Assembly (NCBI GenBank): GCA_963730935.1
Contig: CAVSTP010000002.1
Span: 768,001 to 832,000, forward strand
Origin: an uncultured Nitrospiraceae bacterium
Lineage (GTDB): Bacteria; Nitrospirota; Nitrospiria; Nitrospirales; Nitrospiraceae
Reading direction: 5' to 3'
DNA: 64,000 nt
Positions 48,863-58,843 of this stretch are shown here, in pieces. The position numbers and the translations under genes are program-made. The notes under the pieces are model-generated. The model was not told the origin of the DNA. It saw nothing but the letters and a program-made list of their open reading frames with translations, and did no database searches. How positions within the stretch are numbered: the first letter of the stretch is position 1; each line of letters starts with the position of its first letter.

Positions 48863-49740
48863 TCCGTTCCCGTCTCCTGATCCTCGCTCACGGCGGCGCA
48901 GGCCGGCGCGCAATGACGCCGCGCCAAGCCTGCTGCCTTGCCGAGGCGCTGGCTGCGGGCCATGCCGTTCTCCGGCAGGGAGGATCCGCCCTGCTCGCGG
49001 TCGAGCGCACCATCCGCGTGCTTGAAGACTCCGGGCTGTTTAATGCCGGCCGTGGCTCGAAACGGCAGATGGATGGGGTCCAGCGGATGGACGCCTCTCT
49101 GATGGAAGGGGGCGGTCTACGAGCAGGCGCGGTCGCCTCCCTCGAAGGTTTTGTCCATCCCATCACGGCAGCAAGGCTTGTGATGGAAGAGACCGAGCAT
49201 GTGTTGCTGGCCGGACCAATGGCCGCTAGGTTTGCCCGGCAGTTCGATCTCGAACGACACAAGCTTCCCGCGGCTCGCCGACTTTCGTACACACGGATCT
49301 TCTCTCAGCGAAAAACAGGAATGCAGCCCCATGGGACGGTCGGCGCAGTCGCTTTGGATCGCTCGGGGACTGTGGCCGCAGGCGCCTCTACTGGAGGGAT
49401 CGATGCCATGCTGCCCGGCCGGATCGGCGACACGCCGCTGATCGGCTGCGGCGTCTACGCGGACAACCGCACGGGGGCTGTGTCCATGACGGGGCATGGC
49501 GAGAGCATCATTCGTCTGGCGGTTGCCAAGGCCATTTGCGAACGGCTCGCCGGAGGGCGCAGCCCCAAGCTGGCGGCCGCAACGATTCTCCGGCAACTGG
49601 TCTCGCGGATCGACGGCGCGGCTGGTACATTGGTGATGACAGGGGATGGGCGGTTCTCGATTGCACATGTGACTCCGCACATGGCGGCCGGCTGGTGGGA
49701 CGGGTCGGCGAAACCTATAGTCAAAGGTCGTTGGAGATGA
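48859..49740 (+). CDS. Isoaspartyl peptidase/L-asparaginase (Ntn hydrolase)
   Basis: HGGAG, LED...FNAG, GTVGAVA, STGG, GRIGDTP. Confidence 0.92.
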   Translation: MIRSRLLILAHGGAGRRAMTPRQACCLAEALAAGHAVLRQGGSALLAVERTIRVLEDSGLFNAGRGSKRQMDGVQRMDASLMEGGGLRAGAVASLEGFVHPITAARLVMEETEHVLLAGPMAARFARQFDLERHKLPAARRLSYTRIFSQRKTGMQPHGTVGAVALDRSGTVAAGASTGGIDAMLPGRIGDTPLIGCGVYADNRTGAVSMTGHGESIIRLAVAKAICERLAGGRSPKLAAATILRQLVSRIDGAAGTLVMTGDGRFSIAHVTPHMAAGWWDGSAKPIVKGRWR

Positions 49741-50177
49741 GCGGTATCCTGTTTCATCTGGCCTTTCCGATTCACGATATCGAAGCAGCCAAGCGGTTCT
49801 ACGTCGACGGGCTGGGCTGCACGCTCGGCCGCGAATCGACTCATGCCGTGACGTTCGGGCTCCACGACCATCAGTTGGTGGCCCATGTCGTGGACCAGGC
49901 TCCGGACGAACAAAAAGGCATCTATCCCCGTCATTTCGGTCTCGTGTTTCTCTCCAAAGAGCCATGGCAGGCGCTTGTCGACCGAGCAAATACGAAGGGG
50001 TTGACGTTTTACCAACAGCCGCGCGTCCGATTCCCTGGAAGCCGCATCGAGCACCACACGTTCTTTCTCGAAGATCCTTCCCGCAACCTGCTCGAATTCA
50101 AACACTACACGCACGAATCGGCGATTTTCGGCGAGCGCGATGTTCGTGCGGTGGGCGACACCTCAGCCGGCGATTGA
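49737..50177 (+). CDS. VOC/glyoxalase family protein
   Basis: FHLAFP..D, FY...LG, HQLVAH, RHFG, DPS.N.LEFK. Confidence 0.9.
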   Translation: MSGILFHLAFPIHDIEAAKRFYVDGLGCTLGRESTHAVTFGLHDHQLVAHVVDQAPDEQKGIYPRHFGLVFLSKEPWQALVDRANTKGLTFYQQPRVRFPGSRIEHHTFFLEDPSRNLLEFKHYTHESAIFGERDVRAVGDTSAGD

Positions 50178-50301
50178 CCTCAAAACTCAGCGCGCACTCC
50201 TCCCATGACCAGCAACGGACTGCCCAACGTTTTCGCGGGAACGGTCTGCGTCGCGATGTGCTGTGGATCGGTGAGATTTTCACCGGTAAGAGGCTGGCGG
50301 A

Positions 50302-51036
50302 TTAGTCGATCCGCGTCTGGCGACGCGTGCTCTGGTTCATGCGATGGAGGACCCGCTCGTACCGTCGAACGAGCGAAGTGGTTTTCCGCAACGGATCGTA
50401 GCGCCGGGGCGACGGAAGGATGGCGGCGAGCCAAGCGGCGTCATCCTCGGTCAACTCGGAGGCGGACTTTCGGAAGTGATGCCGTGCCGCCGCCTCGGCT
50501 CCGTATACCCCCATGCCCCATTCCGCAACGTTGAGATACAGCTCGAGGATGCGCTCCTTCGTCAGATGCTGCTCCAGCGAGCGGGTAATGAGCGCTTCCT
50601 GCGCCTTTCTGAACACCGATCGCTCGGAAGAGAGGTAGAGATTTTTCGCGAGCTGCTGCGTGATCGTGCTGCCGCCGCGCTTGAGGGCGCCTTGTTCAAG
50701 GTCGTACAGTGCGGCGTCCTTCATCCCTTCCCAATCGAAACCTTCGTGGGTGAAAAACGAGGCATCTTCGGCCGCGACGACGGCGCGGCGTAGATGAGGC
50801 GACATGCGGGACAGCGGCATCCAAATCCAATGCCGGCTTAAGCGCATCCCGTTGGCTTCCGCCTGCTCCTGGCGCGCATCCATCAACGCGGTCGTGGCCG
50901 GGTTGGTCGTGCGGAGCGCCGCCACATCGGGGAGCGTGATCAGCCAGAGCAGCCCCAACGCCGCGGCGGGGAACGCCAGGCAGACGAGGACCACGGGGAA
51001 GAGGCGGTTGCGACGTCGCTTGGTTGACTTCCGCAT
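50302..51036 (-). CDS. mtgA: Monofunctional peptidoglycan transglycosylase
   Basis: AEDA.F..H.GFD, GGSTITQQLAKN, RK..E, ELYLN. Confidence 0.93.
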   Translation of the reverse strand: MRKSTKRRRNRLFPVVLVCLAFPAAALGLLWLITLPDVAALRTTNPATTALMDARQEQAEANGMRLSRHWIWMPLSRMSPHLRRAVVAAEDASFFTHEGFDWEGMKDAALYDLEQGALKRGGSTITQQLAKNLYLSSERSVFRKAQEALITRSLEQHLTKERILELYLNVAEWGMGVYGAEAAARHHFRKSASELTEDDAAWLAAILPSPRRYDPLRKTTSLVRRYERVLHRMNQSTRRQTRID

Positions 51037-51047
51037 GCGGGACCCGT

Positions 51048-51656
51048 ATGACAAGTCTCGTGAAAATTCTGAAGGCGGAGTTTATCAGAAGTTGCGCCGG
51101 TCCAGAACAATTTCCGACGGGTCCTCTCCGGGAAATCGCCGTCGTCGGCCGCTCGAACGTGGGCAAATCCTCGCTCATCAATTCGCTGTTGCAGCGCAAA
51201 GGGCTCGCGAAGGTCAGCCGCACTCCCGGAAAAACACGTGCCATCAATCTGTTTACGATCGTCACCGACGATCCACAGCTGCCGCGGTTTGTGCTCGCCG
51301 ATCTGCCCGGGTATGGCTACGCCAAGGTGTCGAAAGCGGAACGGGCGCAATGGGCGCCGCTCATCGAGGAATATTTAGGGCGCCGTCAACACGTATCTAC
51401 GGTCGTCATGCTTGTGGAGAGCCGCGTGGTGGGCTCCCATGACGCGGAAACGATTCAGTGGCTTCGCGCGATCGGGTACGATCCGGTGGTGGTGGCGACC
51501 AAGGCCGATAAATTGAAAGCGAGTGAGCGGGTGGCGGCCTTGCGCCGTCTTGAGGATGTCCTCGGGATGACCGGAAACCTTACGGCTTACTCGTCGGTGA
51601 CGGGAGAAGGGCGGGAACGCTTGTGGTCTGCCTTAAAGGGGCGCTGTCGAACTTGA
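51048..51656 (+). CDS. engB: Ribosome biogenesis GTPase YihA/EngB
   Basis: GRSNVGKSS, TPGKT, DLPGYG, TKADK. Confidence 0.95.
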   Translation: MTSLVKILKAEFIRSCAGPEQFPTGPLREIAVVGRSNVGKSSLINSLLQRKGLAKVSRTPGKTRAINLFTIVTDDPQLPRFVLADLPGYGYAKVSKAERAQWAPLIEEYLGRRQHVSTVVMLVESRVVGSHDAETIQWLRAIGYDPVVVATKADKLKASERVAALRRLEDVLGMTGNLTAYSSVTGEGRERLWSALKGRCRT

Positions 51657-52602
51657 TCTCGATGTACGCCTTGTTCTTCAAGTCTGCCAGCCAGGCTTGA
51701 AACATGTCCTCGCTCTTCTGCTGAAAGACCAGCGCCTGAATCTCCTGCCTGACTTCCTCATACGGCCGGAACTGCTTCGGCTTCTTGTCGTCCAATCGGA
51801 CGATGTGCAAGCCGATAGGACTCTCGATCACCTCCGAGATGCCCCCCGGCACCAGATTGCTGACGCCTCGTTCGATTGCCGGCAACAGTTCTCCTTGGCG
51901 GACCAGGCCCAATCGCCCGCCTCGTGAGCCGGTGGGATCGTCCGAATACTGAAGCGCGAGATCCTCGAACGATTCACCTTGTTTGAGCTGCGTCATGATC
52001 TCTCGCGCCTTCGGTTTGAGATCGGCGAGATCATCGGACGTCCGGGCTTTGAGGAAAATCTGACTCAGCGTGTACTCCTCCGGAAGCGCGAACCGGTCAC
52101 CGTGCTCCTGATAGTACCGCTTCATTTCCGGGTCCGCGACCATCACGCCGCTGCGCACCTCGCGATCGACGACTTTGAGCAGGGTGAGCTGATCGCGTAC
52201 GCTCTTCATGCTTGCCGGATCCTTCTCATCGAGTTTCTCTCCCTGCTGGATCAATTGCTTGAGCGCGAGTTTGACCTCCTGATCTCCGACGTCCACATTG
52301 CGAACCTTCGCCTCCTGAAGCTGCAATCGGCGTTCGATCATTCTGGTCAATGCCATGCCTTCGGCCATTTGGAGGCGGCGGGACAGTTCGTCGCCTCGGT
52401 AATGCTTCTCGATCCGCTCCCGCTCGGGTGCGAGCTCACGCTTGACCTCGGACAACATGATCAGATCGGAGTTCACGATCGCGACGATCCGATCTTCGAC
52501 TTTTGCTGCGAGCGCGGGACGAACGGGGTCGGCAGCGGCCTGGGCCAGCAGCAAGGCGAGGGCGATCAAGGCGGACATGGATGTGCGAGACGAGATGATC
52601 AT
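51580..52602 (-). CDS. SurA-like chaperone/parvulin PPIase
   Basis: IVAIVN...I, F.DLA.QYSDD, GG.LG, S..G.HI. Confidence 0.88.
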   Translation of the reverse strand: MIISSRTSMSALIALALLLAQAAADPVRPALAAKVEDRIVAIVNSDLIMLSEVKRELAPERERIEKHYRGDELSRRLQMAEGMALTRMIERRLQLQEAKVRNVDVGDQEVKLALKQLIQQGEKLDEKDPASMKSVRDQLTLLKVVDREVRSGVMVADPEMKRYYQEHGDRFALPEEYTLSQIFLKARTSDDLADLKPKAREIMTQLKQGESFEDLALQYSDDPTGSRGGRLGLVRQGELLPAIERGVSNLVPGGISEVIESPIGLHIVRLDDKKPKQFRPYEEVRQEIQALVFQQKSEDMFQAWLADLKNKAYIEIKFDSAPLRQTTSVPALLPSPTSKP

Positions 52603-52688
52603 GGCCTGTCGACGCGACGGGTTGCGGATCGCGCGACGTATCCGGCGATTGTACAGGATTTAACGAGGGATGCGGAAGCCGCCGCTTG

Positions 52689-53591
52689 CTACCGCTTGGT
52701 CAGACCGTCGGCGACCGGGTGTGAACCATCGGCCAGCTTGACGACCGCCTTGGCTTTGATTTCCGCGATCACGCTGTCGAAGTATTGTTTTCGTTTAAGA
52801 TAGAGCAGTTCCTGCCGCAGCCGTTCTCGCTTGGCCAGATCCGCCTGAATGATTTCAGGGTCCAGCGCCGTGACCTGAACCAGATAGTAGCCGGCCTCCG
52901 TCTTGATGGGTGCGCTGACCATGCCGGGCTTCAGGGTCTTGATGACCTCGTCGACTTCAGGGATGACCAGGCCCTTCCGGTAGGGGCCGAGGTCGCCGCC
53001 TCTCGCCTTTGTCTTGTAATCGACCGAATAGCGTTGGGCGAACTTGCCGAAATCCCCGCCGCGGTTGACCTGCGTCTCGAGGTCCTTGGCCGCGGGATAA
53101 TTGGGCAACAACATTTGAGCCACGCGCACCTTGAGCGGAGTCAAGAGCTCGCCGGCGTGCTCTTCATAGTACTTGTCCAGCTCTTCTTTTGTGAGCTCGA
53201 CCGTCGTCTTCATCCGGTCTTTGAGCAGCTCGTCCTTCAACAGCTTTTCTTTGTAGCGTCGCACACGGTCTCGAATTGCGTCGCTCTGATCGAGCCCTTG
53301 TTTGCGCGCTTCCTGCAACAGTAACTCGTGGTCGACCAGTTCCTTCAGGAAGACCAGGCGCCCGCCCTCTTTCTCGTAGCGGGCTTTCGTGGCGTCGGGA
53401 AGATCCCCCCACTCGTGGTCGAACTCGGTCTGGGTGATCGGTTTGCCGTTGACGAACGCCACGACCCGCTCTTCCGATTGCGGCGGGGTACAGCCCGTCC
53501 ACGCCGCAAGGAGGCCTGCAACAATGAGCGTGAAGCGGCCGGCCTGGCGGACGGCCGAAGCAGCGGCAAAATTCGTCGTTGATCGATGCAT
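52689..53591 (-). CDS. PpiC/PrsA-type peptidyl-prolyl isomerase (lipoprotein)
   Basis: Lipobox-like WTGC, VA.VNG..IT, F...A..YS.D, GGDLG. Confidence 0.88.
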   Translation of the reverse strand: MHRSTTNFAAASAVRQAGRFTLIVAGLLAAWTGCTPPQSEERVVAFVNGKPITQTEFDHEWGDLPDATKARYEKEGGRLVFLKELVDHELLLQEARKQGLDQSDAIRDRVRRYKEKLLKDELLKDRMKTTVELTKEELDKYYEEHAGELLTPLKVRVAQMLLPNYPAAKDLETQVNRGGDFGKFAQRYSVDYKTKARGGDLGPYRKGLVIPEVDEVIKTLKPGMVSAPIKTEAGYYLVQVTALDPEIIQADLAKRERLRQELLYLKRKQYFDSVIAEIKAKAVVKLADGSHPVADGLTKR

Positions 53592-53613
53592 CGGAGTGTG
53601 AATCCTCGTGGGA

Positions 53614-56600
53614 TTAGTCGAGCGAAGGCGATGTCGTTGTGCTGTTGGTATCACAGACTCCGAGGCTTTGCAAGGTTGCGGTGAGTTCGGGAAAGATGGA
53701 AGGCCAGTCCTGATGCGGCATTTGGAGTTCAAAGGCGAGCGGAGAGAGAAACCGGATACGGGATTTGTACCGGTCCATGAGATGTTGGATCGCCGTCTGG
53801 GCGACCTTACTTTTCGGGTCGAGCGTCACCACAACCGACCCGGTTTTGAGCTCGATCGAAGACAACCGCAGCACCTTCGCCTGCAGGCGCACCTGCATTA
53901 CTTCGAGCAAACGCTCGACCGGCGCGGGCGGCGGTCCGAAACGGTCATGAATCTCGCCGTGCAGAAGGGCCAGATCACCGATCTGCGTCGAAGAGGAGAG
54001 CCGTTTGTACAACGAGAGGCGCTGATGCGGATCGGCGACATAGTCCTCCGGAATAAACGCCGACACGTTCAGCCGCAGGGTGGGATCGGGCTCTTCCTCA
54101 ACGACCTGCCCCTTGAGCCGCTGCACGGCCTGTTCAACCATTTGCATATAGAGATCCAACCCGATCGCAGCGATATGTCCTGATTGCTGCTTCCCGAGCA
54201 AATTGCCGGCGCCGCGGATTTCCAAGTCGGCCGCCGCAATACGGAAGCCCGAGCCCAGCTCGGTGAACTGCTGAATGGCCGTGAGGCGCTTTTGTGCGTC
54301 ATCGGTCAGCCGGCCTTCGTCCGGCACGAGGAAGTAGGCATAGGCCTGGTCGCCGCTGCGCCCGACACGTCCACGCAGCTGATAGAGCTGCGCCAGGCCG
54401 AACGTATCGGCCCTGTTCACGATGATCGTGTTGGCGCTGGGCACGTCGATGCCCGATTGAATGATGGCCGAAGCGACCAGCACGTCCGCCTCGCGGTGGA
54501 AAAACTTGAGCATGACCGCTTCGAGCGGTTTGGCATTCATCTGCCCATGCGCCATGACGATCCGCGCTTCCGGAACAATCTGCTGCAGCCAGGCGCCGGT
54601 GCGTTCCATGGTCTCCACCCTGTTATGGACAAAGTACACCTGGCCGCCGCGACCGAGCTCGCGGAGAATGGCCTCCCGAAGGAGCTTATCGCTCGAGCGG
54701 ACGACTTGAGTGCGGATGGACAACCGGCCGGCAGGCGGCGTGTCGATGATCGACAGGTCTCGCACGCTGGCCATGGCCATTTGGAGCGTCCGCGGAATCG
54801 GCGTCGCGGTCAGGGTCAGGACGTCCACCTGGGTGCGCAGCTCCTTGAGGCGTTCCTTGTGCTTGACGCCGAACCACTGTTCTTCGTCGATGATGACCAG
54901 GCCGAGATTGCGGAACTGCACGTCTTTCTGGAGCAGGCGATGGGTGCCGATGACGACGTCGATGGAGCCTGTTGCGACCTCCTTCACAATCGCCGTGGCT
55001 TCTTTCGGCGATTGGAATCGCGACAACAGCGCCACCCGCGTTGGAAATGGGGCAAAGCGCTCGGCGAAATTGTCGTAGTGCTGGTGCGCCAGCAGCGTGG
55101 TCGGAACGAGCACCGCCACCTGGCGGTTGTCCTCCACGGCTTTGAACGCGGCCCGCATGGCGACCTCGGTCTTGCCGTACCCCACGTCGCCGCAGACGAG
55201 CCGGTCCATCGGCTTGCTCGAAGCCATGTCGTGGGTGATGTCGTCAATGGCTTTCAGCTGATCGGCGGTTTCCTCATATTCGAAGGCGGCTTCGAACTCG
55301 TGATACAGCGTGCTGTCGTAGCCATAGGAGTGCCGCTTGGCGAGCTCGCGGTTGGCGTAGAGGTCGACCAATTCCTGCGCCATTTCCTCGATGTCCTTCT
55401 TCACCCGCGCCGTCGTCCTGGCCCAGCTCGTTCCACCCAGCCGGTCCAGCCGGGGCACGTGGCTCTCGGCCCCGCTGTACCGCTGAATCTGGTTGAGCCG
55501 GTCCAGCGGCACGTAGAGCGTGTCGCCGCCGTAAAATTCCAGAATCAGGTAATCGCTGTCGAAGTCCTGGACCGAAAGGCGCTTGAGCCCACGATACTTG
55601 GCGATGCCGTGCTGGACGTGCACGACGTAGTCGCCGATGTTGAGGTCTTCAAGTGACGACAGGAAGGTCGCCGCCTTACTTTTGGCCTGCGGTTTGTGAC
55701 GAGCACCTTTGGCGAAGAGTTCTTCCTCGGTCAGGACCGCCAGCCGCAACTCCGAAGAGAGAAATCCCGCTGAGAGGTCGCCGTGCCGTACAAAGAAGGG
55801 AGCGCGCGTCTGAGTGGATGCAGACCAGCCGGAGGCCGACCATTCGATCGCCGGCGCATCGTGCTCGCGCAACAGCGCGAGCAGACGATCCACTTGACCG
55901 CGGCTTCTCGCGACGAGTAGGACCCTACAGCCGTCCCGTAGGCGTTCCAGGATGGACAGCGTCTGACTGAACGGCGTGCCGCGTGCGCCTAACCCGGCGC
56001 TGGCCGGCACCTGAGCCGGGAAGGCATGCACGGGATGCCAGGATTCATCGGCTTCCGCCAAAGGCTCGAGCGCCAGTTGCGTCCAGTCCGACGTGTGATC
56101 CGTGATGTCCTGCCAGGTGAGAAACAGCCGTTCAGGGGACGGATAGGGAGCGGTCTCATCCTTGTCACTATGCCGCAAATAGCCGTCATCAATGCGTTCC
56201 CACAGGGAACTGCAAGATAGGTTCAAGGCGGCCGGTTGATTCCACGCGAGCAGCGGTTCGGCCGCAAAATACTCGAAGAGCGTCTGCATCTCGCCATAGA
56301 GGTCCGGCGCGCGCCATTCGGCATCCGCCTGGATTGGCGCAAGGGCATCCGGCCCCGTGCCGGGCCTCAAGTATTCACGGGCCGGCAGCACGATCGCGCG
56401 GTCCATCTTCGCGGTGGACTTTTGGGTGGCCGGATCGAAGAGACGAAGCGATTCGACCGTCTCACCGAGGAATTCGACGCGTAGCGGGTCCGTATAGGCG
56501 GTCGAGAAAATATCGACGATCCCCCCGCGAATGCTGAATTCGCCGGGAATTTCGACGACGGACACGCGCCGATATCCCAGCCGAAGGAGCCCGGCTGTCA

Positions 56601-57060
56601 GGGCTTCACGCTCGATGGCGGCGCCGACCTTGAAGTTCAGCACCGTGCGCACGAACGTATCGACAGGCATGAGCCGCTGCATGAGCGCATCGATTGAGGT
56701 CACCACTTTGGCTGCCGGAAGCGTTCGGATCTGATGGAGTGCATTCATGCGCCGGGCGATGAGGCCGACGTGTGGGGCGGTGGCTTCGTAGGGCAGCGTT
56801 TCCCAGCGCGGGAACAGGGCCAGAGACGTCTCGGGCAGACCAGAGAGATCGTGATAAAACCGAAGGTCCTCGAAGAGCCGCGACGCGGCTTCATCGCTTT
56901 TGACGACGATCAGCCAGGGTCGCGAGCCGAGTTGGCCGGATTGCGGATGCATCAGCTGGGTCAGGGCGAATCCCGCCGTCGAACCGTGCAGTCCCGCGAG
57001 ACAGGGCCGGCCGCCGTGCTGCTTGAGCGCCTCGACAACGGGTGTGCAACAGGGAATCAT
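53614..57060 (-). CDS. mfd: Transcription-repair coupling factor
   Basis: PGEFSIRGG, RID domain VVH..HG, GDVGYGKT, DEEQ, QLRGRVGR, TRCF C-terminus; start approximate. Confidence 0.96.
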   Translation of the reverse strand: MIPCCTPVVEALKQHGGRPCLAGLHGSTAGFALTQLMHPQSGQLGSRPWLIVVKSDEAASRLFEDLRFYHDLSGLPETSLALFPRWETLPYEATAPHVGLIARRMNALHQIRTLPAAKVVTSIDALMQRLMPVDTFVRTVLNFKVGAAIEREALTAGLLRLGYRRVSVVEIPGEFSIRGGIVDIFSTAYTDPLRVEFLGETVESLRLFDPATQKSTAKMDRAIVLPAREYLRPGTGPDALAPIQADAEWRAPDLYGEMQTLFEYFAAEPLLAWNQPAALNLSCSSLWERIDDGYLRHSDKDETAPYPSPERLFLTWQDITDHTSDWTQLALEPLAEADESWHPVHAFPAQVPASAGLGARGTPFSQTLSILERLRDGCRVLLVARSRGQVDRLLALLREHDAPAIEWSASGWSASTQTRAPFFVRHGDLSAGFLSSELRLAVLTEEELFAKGARHKPQAKSKAATFLSSLEDLNIGDYVVHVQHGIAKYRGLKRLSVQDFDSDYLILEFYGGDTLYVPLDRLNQIQRYSGAESHVPRLDRLGGTSWARTTARVKKDIEEMAQELVDLYANRELAKRHSYGYDSTLYHEFEAAFEYEETADQLKAIDDITHDMASSKPMDRLVCGDVGYGKTEVAMRAAFKAVEDNRQVAVLVPTTLLAHQHYDNFAERFAPFPTRVALLSRFQSPKEATAIVKEVATGSIDVVIGTHRLLQKDVQFRNLGLVIIDEEQWFGVKHKERLKELRTQVDVLTLTATPIPRTLQMAMASVRDLSIIDTPPAGRLSIRTQVVRSSDKLLREAILRELGRGGQVYFVHNRVETMERTGAWLQQIVPEARIVMAHGQMNAKPLEAVMLKFFHREADVLVASAIIQSGIDVPSANTIIVNRADTFGLAQLYQLRGRVGRSGDQAYAYFLVPDEGRLTDDAQKRLTAIQQFTELGSGFRIAAADLEIRGAGNLLGKQQSGHIAAIGLDLYMQMVEQAVQRLKGQVVEEEPDPTLRLNVSAFIPEDYVADPHQRLSLYKRLSSSTQIGDLALLHGEIHDRFGPPPAPVERLLEVMQVRLQAKVLRLSSIELKTGSVVVTLDPKSKVAQTAIQHLMDRYKSRIRFLSPLAFELQMPHQDWPSIFPELTATLQSLGVCDTNSTTTSPSLD

Positions 57061-57089
57061 CACTGATGGGGAACCAGGTGACACGGTTG

Positions 57090-57569
57090 CTAGTGGGCTT
57101 GAGACCGGATCCGTTGAATCAGGGCGGTCGTCGACATGCCGGGAACCAGGGGAATCGTCTTGACCGTCCCTCCTCGCCGCTCCACCACATCGCGTCCGAT
57201 GATGCGATCGATCGGCCAATCACCGCCCTTGACAAGCACATCCGGTTGCAGCGCCGTGATCAGATTGAGGGGGTCCGGCTCGGGAAAAATGACGACGTAG
57301 TCGACGCTGGCCAGCGCGGCAAGCACTTCCGCGCGGTGGGCTTCACCCACGATCGGTCGATCGGGCGATTTCTTCAAGCTCTTGACGGACGCATCGCTGT
57401 TGACCCCGACCACAAGCACATCGCCGAGCCCCTTGGCCGCCTGTAGATACCGCGTATGACCGATGTGCATGAGGTCAAAACACCCGTTGGTGAAGACGAT
57501 GCGCTGCTTGTCCCGGCGCGCCTGCTCAAGCAGGGGGATCAACTGCGCCGTGGTCACGACTTTTGACAT
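57090..57569 (-). CDS. rfaE2: D-glycero-beta-D-manno-heptose 1-phosphate adenylyltransferase
   Basis: FTNGCFD..H.GH, NSD.SV, KGGD, STT. Confidence 0.94.
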   Translation of the reverse strand: MSKVVTTAQLIPLLEQARRDKQRIVFTNGCFDLMHIGHTRYLQAAKGLGDVLVVGVNSDASVKSLKKSPDRPIVGEAHRAEVLAALASVDYVVIFPEPDPLNLITALQPDVLVKGGDWPIDRIIGRDVVERRGGTVKTIPLVPGMSTTALIQRIRSQAH

Positions 57570-57645
57570 GCTCCCATCATACCGACTGCGTGGTCAGATA
57601 GAAAGACAATGCCGCCCTTGACGGCGGATTGGAGAGCATGCTGAG

Positions 57646-58803
57646 TCACTCATGGTCATCATCGGCCACTCCGCCGAGGCCGATGACGGCGCCGTGTCGG
57701 GCGATGATCGCATCCATCGCCTGCACCGCCTTGCTCCGGCGTTGATCGTAGAGACCCGGCGGCGCCGGGACGAGCGGAGAGAGCGCGAGGCCGGCCAGAC
57801 GATACGCGGTGTGCGGCTTCATGACCTCATGCAACGCCTGCTGCACCGTCGGCCACATCTCGGGATCGTAATTGAGTGGATGGGCAAACCGCCGCTGTCT
57901 GGTCGTGATGGCAAAGCGGGCATCCTTGAGTTTGACCGTGCACCCTCCAGCGGCCAAGTCTTCCTGGCGGAGGTCGCGCGCCAGGGCTCGCAAGAACCCG
58001 CGCAAGAGCTCTTCCAGAAACGCCCGGTCCGCAGTGTCGTGTTCGAACGTGGTCTCGTGGCTTGCGCTCTTGGATTCCCGGTCGGCGACGACCGGCTCAT
58101 GGTCCTGTCCCTGCGCGAGCGCTCGAATCCAGGGGAGACGAGCGCCGAAGAGCCGCACGAGCATCCGGTCCCACTGCGGATCCAAGAGGCCGCCGATCGT
58201 TGTGATGCCAAACGGCTCGAGCCTCGCCGCGGTTTTCGGTCCGATGCCCGGCAGTGCCCGCAGCGGCTGGGGAAAGAGAAACGCCGCTTCCTGCTGGGGC
58301 TCCACGACGGCAAGGCCATCTGGCTTCGAGGCATCGGCGGCGATCTTCGCAACCGTCTTGCCAGTGGCCACTGCGACCGTGCACGTGAGGCCGGTTCCAT
58401 CCACGATCGATTGCTTCACGAAGTGCGCCAGGACGGCGGGATCCGGGTAGCGCGTTTGTAAGTCTGTGGTATCGACGTAGAACTCGTCGATGCTGCTCCA
58501 TTCGGTCGCCGGAAACAGCCGGTCGGTGACGGCTCGCATGTCCTCGTGAAGGCGGCGGTAGAGCGGCCGGTCCGGAGGAATCAATCTGAGGTGAGGGCAC
58601 AGCCGCAGCGCCTCGGCCGTCGGCATTGCTGAGCGGACGCCAAAAGCCCGGACCGCATAGCTGGCTGCGGCGATGATGCCACGCGGCGGCGGCCCGCCTA
58701 CGGCGATCGGTTGGCCTGCGAGACCCGGGTCTTTGACGACTGCGGCAGACGCGAACATCGCGTCGATGTCACCAAAGAGGACCTGACGCGGCCATCGGGG
58801 CAT
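57646..58803 (-). CDS. dinB: DNA polymerase IV (Y family)
   Basis: DIDAMFAS, ASY..R.FGV.SAM, SIDE, AKIA....KPDG, GIG. Confidence 0.92.
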   Translation of the reverse strand: MPRWPRQVLFGDIDAMFASAAVVKDPGLAGQPIAVGGPPPRGIIAAASYAVRAFGVRSAMPTAEALRLCPHLRLIPPDRPLYRRLHEDMRAVTDRLFPATEWSSIDEFYVDTTDLQTRYPDPAVLAHFVKQSIVDGTGLTCTVAVATGKTVAKIAADASKPDGLAVVEPQQEAAFLFPQPLRALPGIGPKTAARLEPFGITTIGGLLDPQWDRMLVRLFGARLPWIRALAQGQDHEPVVADRESKSASHETTFEHDTADRAFLEELLRGFLRALARDLRQEDLAAGGCTVKLKDARFAITTRQRRFAHPLNYDPEMWPTVQQALHEVMKPHTAYRLAGLALSPLVPAPPGLYDQRRSKAVQAMDAIIARHGAVIGLGGVADDDHE

Positions 58804-58843
58804 GGGACACCGGACTTGTCGGCGGTGGTGGAATCAGCGAAGC

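Noticed and set aside
54184..55656. 490-aa plus-strand ORF
   Set aside because: Antisense shadow of mfd in GC-rich DNA; no recognisable motifs
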